Positions 1-8,695 of a stretch of DNA of 51,520 nt are shown here, in pieces (within the stretch, counting starts at the first letter, position 1; every line of letters begins with the position of its first letter). Made by a program: the position numbers and the translations under genes. The notes under the pieces are model-generated. The model saw only the letters and a program-made list of their open reading frames with translations, ran no database searches and was not told where the DNA came from. The stretch is from Pseudomonadota bacterium (GTDB lineage: Bacteria > Desulfobacterota > Desulfobacteria > Desulfobacterales > JBDRRP01): contig JBDRRP010000015.1 in NCBI GenBank assembly GCA_043825735.1, forward strand, positions 62,001 to 113,520. The letters run 5' to 3'.

Positions 1-1
1 T

Positions 2-283
2 ATGGGTCATTGTGATCTGGTCCTTAGGACCGAGGGCTTGATCCGCATCTGCCAAATACTGGGTCACCAGTTGTTTTTTCGCATTATCCAGGGCGTCCTG
101 GTATTTTTTATTGCCCGGTTCTTTGGCCAGAGCCTGCTCCAGATAGGTAATGGCATCCTTGTATTTGCCGGCAGTGCTGAGTTGCATGCCGACGTCGAAC
201 TGCTTTTGCCCTTCGGCGCACGCCGACACCATCACAACCAGCATAAAGCCCATTAAGACTCGAAAAATCGCCCTGCTTTTCAT
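2..283 (-). CDS. Lipoprotein with TPR-like region, 3' end runs off the window (partial)
   Basis: Not in ORF track. ATG at 283 with GGAGGG upstream. Translation MKSRAIFRVLMGFMLVVMVSAC has a lipobox, followed by TPR-like GKYKDAITYLEQALAKEPGN; frame open to the window edge. Confidence 0.8.
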   Translation of the reverse strand, partial: MKSRAIFRVLMGFMLVVMVSACAEGQKQFDVGMQLSTAGKYKDAITYLEQALAKEPGNKKYQDALDNAKKQLVTQYLADADQALGPKDQITMTH

Positions 284-455
284 GTTCGCCCTCCAGAATG
301 GTTGGATTCGATATCAATGACCCGTATTTTTCCGTCGACAGCCGATGGATCGAAAAATCGACCACCGGCGTCAACAGGATTGTCCCGCGAACCGCCCCCC
401 CCTCACGCCCACCGGAGCGCCCGACCTCTCAGAGTGCGCTATCGGACTAATGGCC

Positions 456-484
456 AGAATAAATTGTTGGCCGGAGGGTGTCAA
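456..484 (-). promoter_or_regulatory. Putative sigma70 promoter for the lipoprotein gene
   Basis: Minus strand TTGACA (484-479), 17 nt spacer, TATTCT (461-456). Confidence 0.5.
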
Positions 485-603
485 GAAACAACACACAAGT
501 GATGAGGGCCGGTGTCTTGCCGGAGCCTCTGATGGCTGCAGGTTCCGGCCGCACCCCCGACAGGGCATCATTGTGAGGACACCGGCCGGCCGCCGCGAAC
601 CGA

Positions 604-789
604 TCACCCGTTGTCTTCCGCGGGGGGGGGCACCTCGCTGGTAGACCCACCCGTCACGGTATCGTGGACAGTGCGATAGACGGATTCAAAGGTATCGGCA
701 AATCCAGTTGGCGATACCCGCCCGGTTTCTATGAACTTGACCACGATTTCTTTGGCTGTCCGGAGGATTTGCTCATCAACCGACTTCAT
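604..789 (-). CDS. Small hypothetical protein (61 aa), MucR/Ros N-terminal-like helical pattern
   Basis: GGAG RBS upstream; amphipathic ILRTAKEIVVKFIETGRVSP pattern. Confidence 0.75.
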   Translation of the reverse strand: MKSVDEQILRTAKEIVVKFIETGRVSPTGFADTFESVYRTVHDTVTGGSTSEVPPPAEDNG

Positions 790-996
790 TGGCCAGTCTC
801 CGCAGGTTAAATGATTTTTCTAACAAAATTGGATCGTTAACAGTATTTTTGGCACCTGTCAATCCTTCATTGCCGCGCCCGCACGGTGCGATCATCCCGA
901 GGGGTGACGTATTTGACATCGCGGGTATAATTCTCTATGAACGGAGCGTCTCAAAGTTTGTGTCGTGTCCCGATTCACTTCGAATGAGGACGTTCA

Positions 997-1962
997 ATGA
1001 CGAACCGTGTGCGCTCGCTGTTTCATCCTTGGATAATGACACCCTTGTATCTTGGGGTGATCATCGTAACAATGGCGGTGCTCACCACAGGTTGCGGCAT
1101 GTTTTCCGACAAGCGGGCCAACAGGCAGGTCATCAAAGCAACGCTGCCCGACTTTGATCGCGGCAAACTGACCAACACAGCGCTGTTCTTCCCTTATGAA
1201 AATGCCACTCAGCGCGTCGGCGGTATGAATCTGCAGGCGTTTCACCAGAAAATCGTCACCATCCTCAGAAATGACTGCAAGAAACTGAAACTGATTACCT
1301 CCGATGATCCAAAGGCCGCAGCGCTGATGGCGCGTCTGGCCGGCTTCCTGCGCGCTGGAGACAGTATCGGTTTTTCGGAAGCCGCACGGGCTTCAGGGAT
1401 TGCGGCCATGATCACCGGCCGGATCGCTGACGTGGCCACAGAAGAGCGCTCCTGGGGCATCTGGTGGTTCACCAGCAACAACTATTATTTGAACGTCCAG
1501 GTTGATACCAGTGTCTACGATGTGGAAACCGGCGCCAAGACCGTGGATGTTTCCCTGACCGAGGAGCTCAAGATCGACGGTCTTGAATACGATGCCATGA
1601 CCATGGGGCAAAGCAGTGATCTCACCGAAGTGGACAAGCTTCTCGACGAACTGGCAAAGGAATCGGCCCAGCGGGCGTGCCAGGCACTGAACAAACAGCC
1701 ATGGATCGGCTTCGTCACGGCCGTGGACAAGGACAGGGTGACCCTTGTGCCCGGATCCGCCGCCGGGCTTACCACCGGCATGAAACTTCACATCTATGGC
1801 AGCGGCACCCTTCTGGATGGCAACATGGGGCAACCCTATTTTGTGCCGGGTCTGCAAAGGGCCGCCATCGAGGTGGTCTCAGTGGAACCGGACCGGGCCT
1901 TTGCCCGCATCCTGAGCGGATCGATGGTGGCGCTGGGGGACTCTGTGCGGCGCTTGCGGTGA
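997..1962 (+). CDS. Lipoprotein, CsgG/TolB-N-like body with FlgT-like C-terminal beta domain
   Basis: Lipobox LTTGC; C-terminal GFVTAVDKDRVTLVPGSAAGL...IEVVSVEPDRAFARI resembles FlgT_C. Start could be 997 or 1036. Confidence 0.65.
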   Translation: MTNRVRSLFHPWIMTPLYLGVIIVTMAVLTTGCGMFSDKRANRQVIKATLPDFDRGKLTNTALFFPYENATQRVGGMNLQAFHQKIVTILRNDCKKLKLITSDDPKAAALMARLAGFLRAGDSIGFSEAARASGIAAMITGRIADVATEERSWGIWWFTSNNYYLNVQVDTSVYDVETGAKTVDVSLTEELKIDGLEYDAMTMGQSSDLTEVDKLLDELAKESAQRACQALNKQPWIGFVTAVDKDRVTLVPGSAAGLTTGMKLHIYGSGTLLDGNMGQPYFVPGLQRAAIEVVSVEPDRAFARILSGSMVALGDSVRRLR

Positions 1963-1977
1963 TACCTGCCGGAAAAT

Positions 1978-2083
1978 AAGCTCCAAACACCAAAACAACA
2001 CGCAAATGCCAAACCTTAAGCTGAGTTAAAGGTTTTCGTTTTGAATTTGGTGCTTGTAATTTGCGATTTGGATTTGGTGCTTT
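1978..2083. repeat. Intergenic imperfect palindrome made of roughly 7-mer units (CACCAAA / TTTGGTG)
   Basis: Left arm AAGCTCCAAACACCAAA, right arm TTTGGTGCTTGTAATTTG...TTTGGTGCTT. Related fragment at about 4428-4473. Confidence 0.6.
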
Positions 2084-2103
2084 ACCGGATAACCGGAATC
2101 GCC

Positions 2104-3075
2104 TTATCTCGGGTTTTCGGCCGCATCGAAAAATTCAGCAATCAGCCCAAACGCCTCGGTCAGTGTGGCCACTCCGGTGACCGAGGCCCTGAATCGACTG
2201 CCACCGTCGAGCCCTTTCACAAACCAGGAAAGCCGGCTGCGCATGATGCGGCAGGTCCGCGCCTCACCCAGCAGCGCCACGGTGTCGCGCAGGAACCGTT
2301 CCATGGCTTGCCGGCGCATATCCAGGGTGGGCGGCGTCCACGAACGGCCTGCCAGCGTATCGACGATATGACTGAAAATCCATGGGTTTCCGATAGCCGC
2401 CCGGCCGATCATAACGGCATCGCACCCGGTTTCACTGATCATATCCAGAGCGTCCTCAGGACTCACCACATCCCCATTGCCGATGACAGGAATGTCCAGT
2501 TGCGCTTTGATGCGCCGGATCAATGACCAGTCCGCCCGGCCACCGAACCCCTGGCCCGCGGTGCGTGGATGCACGGCAACGGCATCAACGCCGCAATCCT
2601 GGGCCATGCGGGCAATAGCCACAGCCTGATCGCCCGAGGCATCCCAGCCGGAACGAATCTTGATGGTAAGGGGAATGTCGATAGCCCGGCGCACGCGCTC
2701 AAGGATATCGCGGGCCAGATCGGGCGTACGCATCAACGCGACACCGGAGCCGGTTTTGACGACTTTTCGCACGGCACACCCGAAATTGATATCAAGGATA
2801 TCAGCGCCGGCAGCGGCGACCATGACTGCCGCCTCGGCCATGATGTCCGGGCGTGCACCGAAGATCTGAATGGACAGCGGCCGCTCGGCCGGATCGCTGG
2901 CAAGCATCTCCAGGGTTTTAGCGCTGCGGTGCACAAGCCCGTTGGCGCTGACCATTTCGGAACACACGAGGCCGCAGCCGGCCTCTTTTGCCAACAGTCG
3001 CAGCGGCAGATTGGTAATACCGGCCAATGGCGCAAAAACCAGCGGCGGAGACACTGAATGAGGCCCGATGACCAT
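2104..3075 (-). CDS. dusB: tRNA-dihydrouridine synthase DusB
   Basis: Motifs FAPLAG, DINFGC, KIRSGW, AVHPRT, IGNGDV, VMIGRAAIGNPWIF. Start at ATG 3075 (AAGGAG upstream). Confidence 0.93.
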   Translation of the reverse strand: MVIGPHSVSPPLVFAPLAGITNLPLRLLAKEAGCGLVCSEMVSANGLVHRSAKTLEMLASDPAERPLSIQIFGARPDIMAEAAVMVAAAGADILDINFGCAVRKVVKTGSGVALMRTPDLARDILERVRRAIDIPLTIKIRSGWDASGDQAVAIARMAQDCGVDAVAVHPRTAGQGFGGRADWSLIRRIKAQLDIPVIGNGDVVSPEDALDMISETGCDAVMIGRAAIGNPWIFSHIVDTLAGRSWTPPTLDMRRQAMERFLRDTVALLGEARTCRIMRSRLSWFVKGLDGGSRFRASVTGVATLTEAFGLIAEFFDAAENPR

Positions 3076-3083
3076 TAATTCCG

Positions 3084-3974
3084 TTACTCCTTTGGTGCTT
3101 CTGCCGGATTGGCATAGCAAAAACGGCAGTTGTGAAAACAGGGATGATCGGTGTAGCTGCCGATATCCCGTGCCACCCGGCATCCGCACCCGGCCGCCCG
3201 TCGCTGCCCCCGGTCCCTGGCCAGCGACAAGCAGCCACCGTAGATGCCCATCAATAGATCCGACGGGATGCAGGACGCCGGGGCGATGGGGATGTCTTTT
3301 GGCAGATCGGTAAGCAGGCCGCTTTCACAGCAGGCGTAAAGGGCCATACCGCGCACGGTGAGAAGGCCGGTCATCCACCGGAGGACCGCGATCTTCTCCG
3401 CAAGGGGCGGATCCACAAAAGCGGAGCCCGGGTGCCCGTGCCACCGACGCCGGGTTTTGGGGTAATGATCCATGAAACTGGTGATGCAACGGGTTACGCC
3501 GCAGGCCGCCGCCACATCCGCGATCTCTTCAAACGCACCGATATTGTTAACGATTTTTCCGTCGGTGCGCCGGTAATAGACAATAGGATCAAAGCGCCAC
3601 TGAAGGGCTGCCGGTGTGACCCGTCGCGCGATGTCGGCCATCTGTGACAATCGCGCAGCCAGGGAAGGGACGCCGGGCTCCAGCAGTGCATCGGGCGTAT
3701 TGACAGTGAAATTGAAAAACAGATGATACCCCTGGTCCATGAGCTGGCGCGCGTAATCAGCCGCCAGAAACGGACCGTAGTTCTTGGACCAGAATACGAT
3801 ACTGTGCACACTGGCGGTATCGGCCGGTATCGTGAAGCATCGTGATGTATACGGATTTTTGACAGAAAAGGCGCCCCGATGAATGCCGTCCATAAACCAG
3901 GGCATGTAAAATGCCGGGATATCGCTTCGACGTGAAGCGGACAGTACGATCTGCGGCGGGGTCTTGTCCATCAT
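3084..3974 (-). CDS. DUF1848 family protein
   Basis: Signature SASRRSDIPAFY, IVFWSKN, WRFDPI and C-terminal DIGSY..CFHNCRFCYAN. Confidence 0.88.
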   Translation of the reverse strand: MMDKTPPQIVLSASRRSDIPAFYMPWFMDGIHRGAFSVKNPYTSRCFTIPADTASVHSIVFWSKNYGPFLAADYARQLMDQGYHLFFNFTVNTPDALLEPGVPSLAARLSQMADIARRVTPAALQWRFDPIVYYRRTDGKIVNNIGAFEEIADVAAACGVTRCITSFMDHYPKTRRRWHGHPGSAFVDPPLAEKIAVLRWMTGLLTVRGMALYACCESGLLTDLPKDIPIAPASCIPSDLLMGIYGGCLSLARDRGQRRAAGCGCRVARDIGSYTDHPCFHNCRFCYANPAEAPKE

Positions 3975-3991
3975 GTCGATCTGACTGCACC

Positions 3992-4330
3992 CTACCGTTT
4001 TTTTTTCAGATCGGTAAAAGAGATCACCTTGGATGGGGGCTGCACGCCGGGCGCGGCAGTGGTGTCTCCGTCGTCATTGCCCTTGGTCGCCGGATGACCG
4101 GGGGCCGCCACTTTCTCAAGCCGCATCTTTTTGCCGTCCATGGTGAACGGGTCCCCGTTGATGTAAGCATCTCTCAAAATCCAGGTCACGGTCTGGACTG
4201 GCAGTTGCAGCATGAGCAATTTGACATGATACCAGTCGGGCTTGTGATCGGGCAGAATTTCTTCGATCCGGGCAAACACGAGCGGGGCATCCTCGAAATA
4301 GATCAGAACAATATCGTTTTCCATCGCCAT
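3992..4330 (-). CDS. Hypothetical protein
   Basis: AAGGAG RBS before ATG 4330; co-oriented with DUF1848 and dusB; C-terminal KVISFTDLKKKR. Confidence 0.75.
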   Translation of the reverse strand: MAMENDIVLIYFEDAPLVFARIEEILPDHKPDWYHVKLLMLQLPVQTVTWILRDAYINGDPFTMDGKKMRLEKVAAPGHPATKGNDDGDTTAAPGVQPPSKVISFTDLKKKR

Positions 4331-4559
4331 GCGCATTCTCCTTTATCCATTGCCGGCGCCACCCAATCATAGGTCCCCCTACAAATCAAGCGTTTGTGCC
4401 GGCGGCCGTCCTCATCATCATTTTAAATAAATCCCATACTTCAAGCACCAAATTACAAACAAATTTGGTGTTTTCCATTCTGAGTCCCTCCTTGACAGCA
4501 GCGCCAGCCGTGGTGTTTCATGGGATCTAAAAAGAGGCTCGATGCCTTCAGGCGCGATA

Positions 4560-4672
4560 TTCGAAATCGCTATCGGGATCGGAATCGATATCAACTTTCA
4601 GGCCATCGACCGTTTCTTGTCCCGGCCCAATAGCGTTTCGATTTCGATAGCGATCCCGATTTCGATTTGGAT
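4560..4672. repeat. Hexamer-periodic palindrome (ATCGNN)n ... (NNCGAT)n
   Basis: Left arm ATCGCT ATCGGG ATCGGA ATCGAT; right arm TTCGAT AGCGAT CCCGAT TTCGAT. Second copy at 38844-38924. Confidence 0.8.
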
Positions 4673-4763
4673 GGTTTGCCGTTAGGCCTAGTCGCACTGC
4701 CGCAATATGGTAGCAGGTCCATAAATCTGCCCGCAGTACCGAGTGACACCAAGGAGATAATTG

Positions 4764-5516
4764 ATGAGCACATTTCGGATCCATCCCATCGTCATGGGAA
4801 CCAAGGTATTTGACAAAGGGATGATGACCTACCAGCATGACTACGGCAAGCCCTTTACCATCCCCATATACAGTTGGTATCTGGAAGGCGGTGAGACCCC
4901 CATTTTAGTGGATACCGGCGAAATGAGCCCCATTCGCTCCGCCGATCGGGAATCGGCCATTGGAGGGAAGATCTACACATTTGAAGAGGGGCTTGCCCGG
5001 TGGGGACTTTCGCCGGGCGACATCGGCATCGTCATTCACACCCACCTGCATAACGACCACTGCGAAAACGACTACAAATGCGTCAACGCCGCCATTTACG
5101 TCCATCAAAAGGAGCTTGATCACATTCACAAGCCCCATCCGCTGGATTTCAGATATCTCGAGGACTACATCGAAGATGTTGAGGAAAACGGCCAGCTCAG
5201 AGTGCTTACCGGAGATGCCGATATCGTGCCCGGCATCCGGGTGGTCCATACGCCGGTGCACACCGACGGCGGCCTGACCGTCCTCGTTGAGACCGTTGCT
5301 GGAACCGCCGCCATCACGGGATTTTGCGTCATCAACGAAAATTTCCACCCGCCCCGGGAAATCAGGGCCATGGAAATGGAAGTCATCCCGCCGGGCACCC
5401 CGGTTGCGCCATATGCCGCCTATGACATCATGTTGCACGTGCGGGATATGGCCGACGTCCTGCTGCCCCTGCATGAGCCCGCCTTTGCGGCGGTGGACAC
5501 CATACCGGAAGTATAA
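4764..5516 (+). CDS. Metallo-beta-lactamase fold hydrolase, N-acyl-homoserine lactonase-like
   Basis: ILVDTG, THLHNDH (HxHxDH), TPVHT, PLHE motifs; AAGGAG RBS. Confidence 0.85.
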   Translation: MSTFRIHPIVMGTKVFDKGMMTYQHDYGKPFTIPIYSWYLEGGETPILVDTGEMSPIRSADRESAIGGKIYTFEEGLARWGLSPGDIGIVIHTHLHNDHCENDYKCVNAAIYVHQKELDHIHKPHPLDFRYLEDYIEDVEENGQLRVLTGDADIVPGIRVVHTPVHTDGGLTVLVETVAGTAAITGFCVINENFHPPREIRAMEMEVIPPGTPVAPYAAYDIMLHVRDMADVLLPLHEPAFAAVDTIPEV

Positions 5517-5779
5517 TGGTGTTGCGCCCTGACGGCATACGATCATTACCAATGCCAGCCCGACGGGTCAACTCATTGTGATCAGCGTGACGGATGCCTC
5601 GGCATGGGTCATCACTAAATTGATCGATGCGGTTTTCGGCTGCCTTCAAAAATGAATTGGCATTCACAACCAAAAATCAGTAGATATTGAGAATATCGGA
5701 CCCACCGAATCGGGTTATCGACATCACCGGGTACTCGCCTCCCAATTGCTCGGAGCTTGGTCAACGGATAGGACAATGA

Positions 5780-5925
5780 TAGAACCTATCTCAAAAAAGT
5801 CTTTTTGGCCCATATCGGCGTTGAAGCCGCGCATCAAGTCCTCAAAATACACCAGTATTCCTGAGGGTTGATGCTTGCCGTCGCCTTGATCTGAACCAAA
5901 AACCCTTTTTTTGAGACAAGTTCTA
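5780..5925. mobile_element. MITE-like element, 146 bp, TIR TAGAACCTATCTCAAAAAA
   Basis: Terminal inverted repeats match at 17 of 19 nt. A close inverted copy lies at 36620-36808. Confidence 0.85.
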
Positions 5926-6016
5926 ATGTTTGTCGGAAAAACGCCATTGCCTGAAGGCTGATGATCAATGGCGCCTTTAAATACGATCCGTATTTTTATA
6001 GCAAACTTGTTTTCTC

Positions 6017-6063
6017 TTGACAGACGAACCCGGTCGTTGATAAATGAATGAGCGTTCATTCAT
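6017..6063 (+). promoter_or_regulatory. sigma70 promoter overlapped by a FadR(YsiA)-like TetR operator ATGAATGA-GCGT-TCATTCAT
   Basis: TTGACA at 6017-6022; perfect 8-bp inverted repeat at 6044-6063 directly upstream of fadN. Confidence 0.75.
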
Positions 6064-6094
6064 GTTCCATTTACACCAAAGGGGGAATACAACC

Positions 6095-8503
6095 ATGGTC
6101 AGAAAAATCAGAAAGGCAGCCGTCATCGGCTCCGGTGTCATGGGTGGAGGCATCGCCGCACTGCTGGCCAGTGCCGGAGTCAAGACGCTGCTGCTGGACA
6201 TCGTGCCGTTCAATCTAAAAGAAGAGGAAAAAAAGGATCCGGCCAACCGAAACCGCATGGCCAAAACCGGCCTGGACACCGTCATCATGTCGCGGCCGGC
6301 GCTGCTCATGCAGCAAAAGGATGCCGAGTTGATCAGCATCGGCAACCTGGAAGACGATTTCGAGAAGATCGCCGATTGCGACTGGATCGTCGAAGTGGTG
6401 GTGGAAAACCTGAAGATCAAACAACAGCTCTTCAAACGGATCGACGGCGTGCGCAAGCCAGGCACCATCGTTTCCTCCAACACCTCGGGTATCCCGCTCA
6501 AGTCCATGAGCGAAGGGCTTAGCGATGACTTTCGCAAGCATTTTCTGGGCACCCACTTCTTCAACCCGGTCCGGTACATGAAACTGCTTGAGATCATCCC
6601 GGGTGAAGACACCCTGGAGAATGTTCTTTCCTTCATGGCCGATTATGGTGAGCGCATCCTGGGCAAAGGGATCGTCTGGGCCAAGGACACGCCCAATTTC
6701 GTCGGCAACCGCATCGGTGTCCACGGCATGGTCAAGGCCATGCAGCTCATGGTCGAAGACGGCATGAGCATCGCCGAAGTCGACGCCCTGTTCGGGCCTG
6801 TCATGGGCCGGCCAAAGACCGCCATGTTCAAGACCGCCGACCTTGTCGGCCTGGACACCATGGGTCATGTGGCCAAAAACACTTACGATCTGGTGACCGA
6901 AGACGAGGCCCGGGGCGATTTCGTCATGCCCGAATTTGTCGGCACCATGATCGAAAAGGGTCTGCTGGGCAAAAAATCAAAGGCCGGCTTCTACAAGACC
7001 GATCTGACCCCGGAGTGGAAGAAGGTGCGCAAGGTCATCGACCCGGCCACACTCGAATACGCCGAGTACGGCAAGCCGGATTTTGCCTGCCTGGCCGCCG
7101 CCAAGGCCGCTAAATCACTGCCCGAAAAGATGAAGGCCGTGGTCTACGGCGAAGACAAAGGCGCCAAATACGCCTGGAAGGCCATTGCCAGCAACCTGAT
7201 CTACTCGGCAAACCGTATCCCCGAGATCTCCGACAACATCGTCGAAATCGACAATGCCATGAAGTGGGGCTACAATTTCGAAATGGGTCCCTTTGAGACC
7301 TGGGATGCCATCGGCGTGGCCGAAGCGGTGGAGAAGATGACCGCCGACGGGTTCAGTGTCCCGGTAAAAGTCAAAAAGATGCTGTCCGCAGGCAACACCT
7401 CTTTTTACAAAACCGAAGACGGCAAAGTGCTTTATTATGATTTTGCAACCGAGTCGTACAAGGCCTTGTCCGTCAGCGCCAATATCGTTTCCCTGGCCAA
7501 CCGCAAGGCGGCGGGCAAAGTGGTCAAATCCTGCAAAAGCGCATCCCTCGTCGATCTGGGCGACAACGTCTTCTGCCTGGAATTTCACACCAAGATGAAT
7601 GCGCTCAACGGCGAGATCGTTGATTTTATGGCCGAGGGCATCGACTTTGTGGACGCCAACGGTGTGGGCCTTGTCATCGGCAACCAAGCCGGTGGCATGC
7701 CGGGAGCGTTTTCCGCCGGCGGTGATCTGGCCTTCATGGCAGCGCTTGCCAAGGAAGGCAAATATGCCGAGATCGATGCATTCCTCAAAAAAGCCCAGGA
7801 CGGGATGCAGCGCACCCGATACGCTAATTTCCCCGTGGTTGCAGCCCCCTACGGCATGACCCTGGGCGGCGGCTGCGAAGTCTGTCTTGGCACGGCCGAC
7901 AAGATTGTCGCCCATACCGAGCTTTACATGGGGCTGGTGGAAATCGGTGTCGGGCTGCTGCCTGGCGGCGGCGGCTGCCTCAACCTGTGGCGAAAGATGA
8001 CCAGCACGATTCCCGAGCCGGTGACCGACGCGGATCTGGCTAAGTTCTTCATCCCGACCTTCATGGCCATTGCGATGGCAAAGGTCTCGATGTCGGCGGC
8101 CGAGGCCCGTGCCAACGGCTTCCTGGGGCCCAACGATCGGATTGTCTTCAACCGGGATTACCTCATCGGCGAAGCTAAAAAAGAAGTCCTTAAAATGGTC
8201 GACGAAGGGTACGCACCGCCGGTCAAGCGGCCCATCAAGGTATTCGGTACCGCCGCTCAGGGAATGATCGGTGCTGAACTTTTCAATATGCAGGCCGCCG
8301 GATACGTGAGTGAATACGACGCATTTCTGGCCAAACGGATCGCCTATGTGATCAGTGGCGGTGACGTCCGCACCAACAGCATGGTGGCCGAAGAGGTCAT
8401 CCTCAATCTGGAAAGAGAAGCATTTATCGATTTCTGGAAACAGGAAAAAACGGTGGCCCGGGTGACGCACATGCTCACCACCGGCAAACCCCTGAGAAAC
8501 TAA
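6095..8503 (+). CDS. fadN: 3-hydroxyacyl-CoA dehydrogenase / enoyl-CoA hydratase (FadN type)
   Basis: GSGVMG NAD-binding motif, SSNTSG, GTHFFNP, C-terminal crotonase LGGGCE, terminal TGKPLRN. Confidence 0.93.
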   Translation: MVRKIRKAAVIGSGVMGGGIAALLASAGVKTLLLDIVPFNLKEEEKKDPANRNRMAKTGLDTVIMSRPALLMQQKDAELISIGNLEDDFEKIADCDWIVEVVVENLKIKQQLFKRIDGVRKPGTIVSSNTSGIPLKSMSEGLSDDFRKHFLGTHFFNPVRYMKLLEIIPGEDTLENVLSFMADYGERILGKGIVWAKDTPNFVGNRIGVHGMVKAMQLMVEDGMSIAEVDALFGPVMGRPKTAMFKTADLVGLDTMGHVAKNTYDLVTEDEARGDFVMPEFVGTMIEKGLLGKKSKAGFYKTDLTPEWKKVRKVIDPATLEYAEYGKPDFACLAAAKAAKSLPEKMKAVVYGEDKGAKYAWKAIASNLIYSANRIPEISDNIVEIDNAMKWGYNFEMGPFETWDAIGVAEAVEKMTADGFSVPVKVKKMLSAGNTSFYKTEDGKVLYYDFATESYKALSVSANIVSLANRKAAGKVVKSCKSASLVDLGDNVFCLEFHTKMNALNGEIVDFMAEGIDFVDANGVGLVIGNQAGGMPGAFSAGGDLAFMAALAKEGKYAEIDAFLKKAQDGMQRTRYANFPVVAAPYGMTLGGGCEVCLGTADKIVAHTELYMGLVEIGVGLLPGGGGCLNLWRKMTSTIPEPVTDADLAKFFIPTFMAIAMAKVSMSAAEARANGFLGPNDRIVFNRDYLIGEAKKEVLKMVDEGYAPPVKRPIKVFGTAAQGMIGAELFNMQAAGYVSEYDAFLAKRIAYVISGGDVRTNSMVAEEVILNLEREAFIDFWKQEKTVARVTHMLTTGKPLRN

Positions 8504-8506
8504 TGG

Positions 8507-8649
8507 GTACCCGTCCAGAAATGGTAGATTTTGGTTCAGAGCAAGGCTTGAGCATTTTCGAAACCGGAGGAATAGCCTGCTATTTCGAGGATTTCGAAAA
8601 GTGCGAAAACGCGGCTCTGGGCCAAAAGATGCCGTTTATGGATGGGCAC
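8507..8649. mobile_element. MITE-like element, 143 bp, TIR GTACCCGTCCAGAAATGG, between fadN and fadA
   Basis: Inverted termini match at 14 of 18 nt; internal core shared with the 5780 and 36620 elements. Confidence 0.75.
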
Positions 8650-8695
8650 TAACGGATGCCACCATTCAAACGCTGTCTATAGGAGGATACCCATC

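Noticed and set aside
412..441. CTCTCAG motif suggestive of a glycine riboswitch
   Set aside because: The GGAGA and CCGAAG elements are missing and there is no glycine-related gene downstream.
4548..4838. ORFs with DSDPDSD / RNRDRYRNR repeats (also 38757-39005)
   Set aside because: These are translations of the hexamer palindromes, with no RBS or family motif.
5516..5779. Possible small gene between the hydrolase and the MITE
   Set aside because: Only short frames without an RBS or recognisable motif.
5724..6059. Two ORFs sharing FGSDQG...HQP.GILVY (also 36471-36797) that look like a protein family
   Set aside because: The similarity comes from the non-coding MITE copies.
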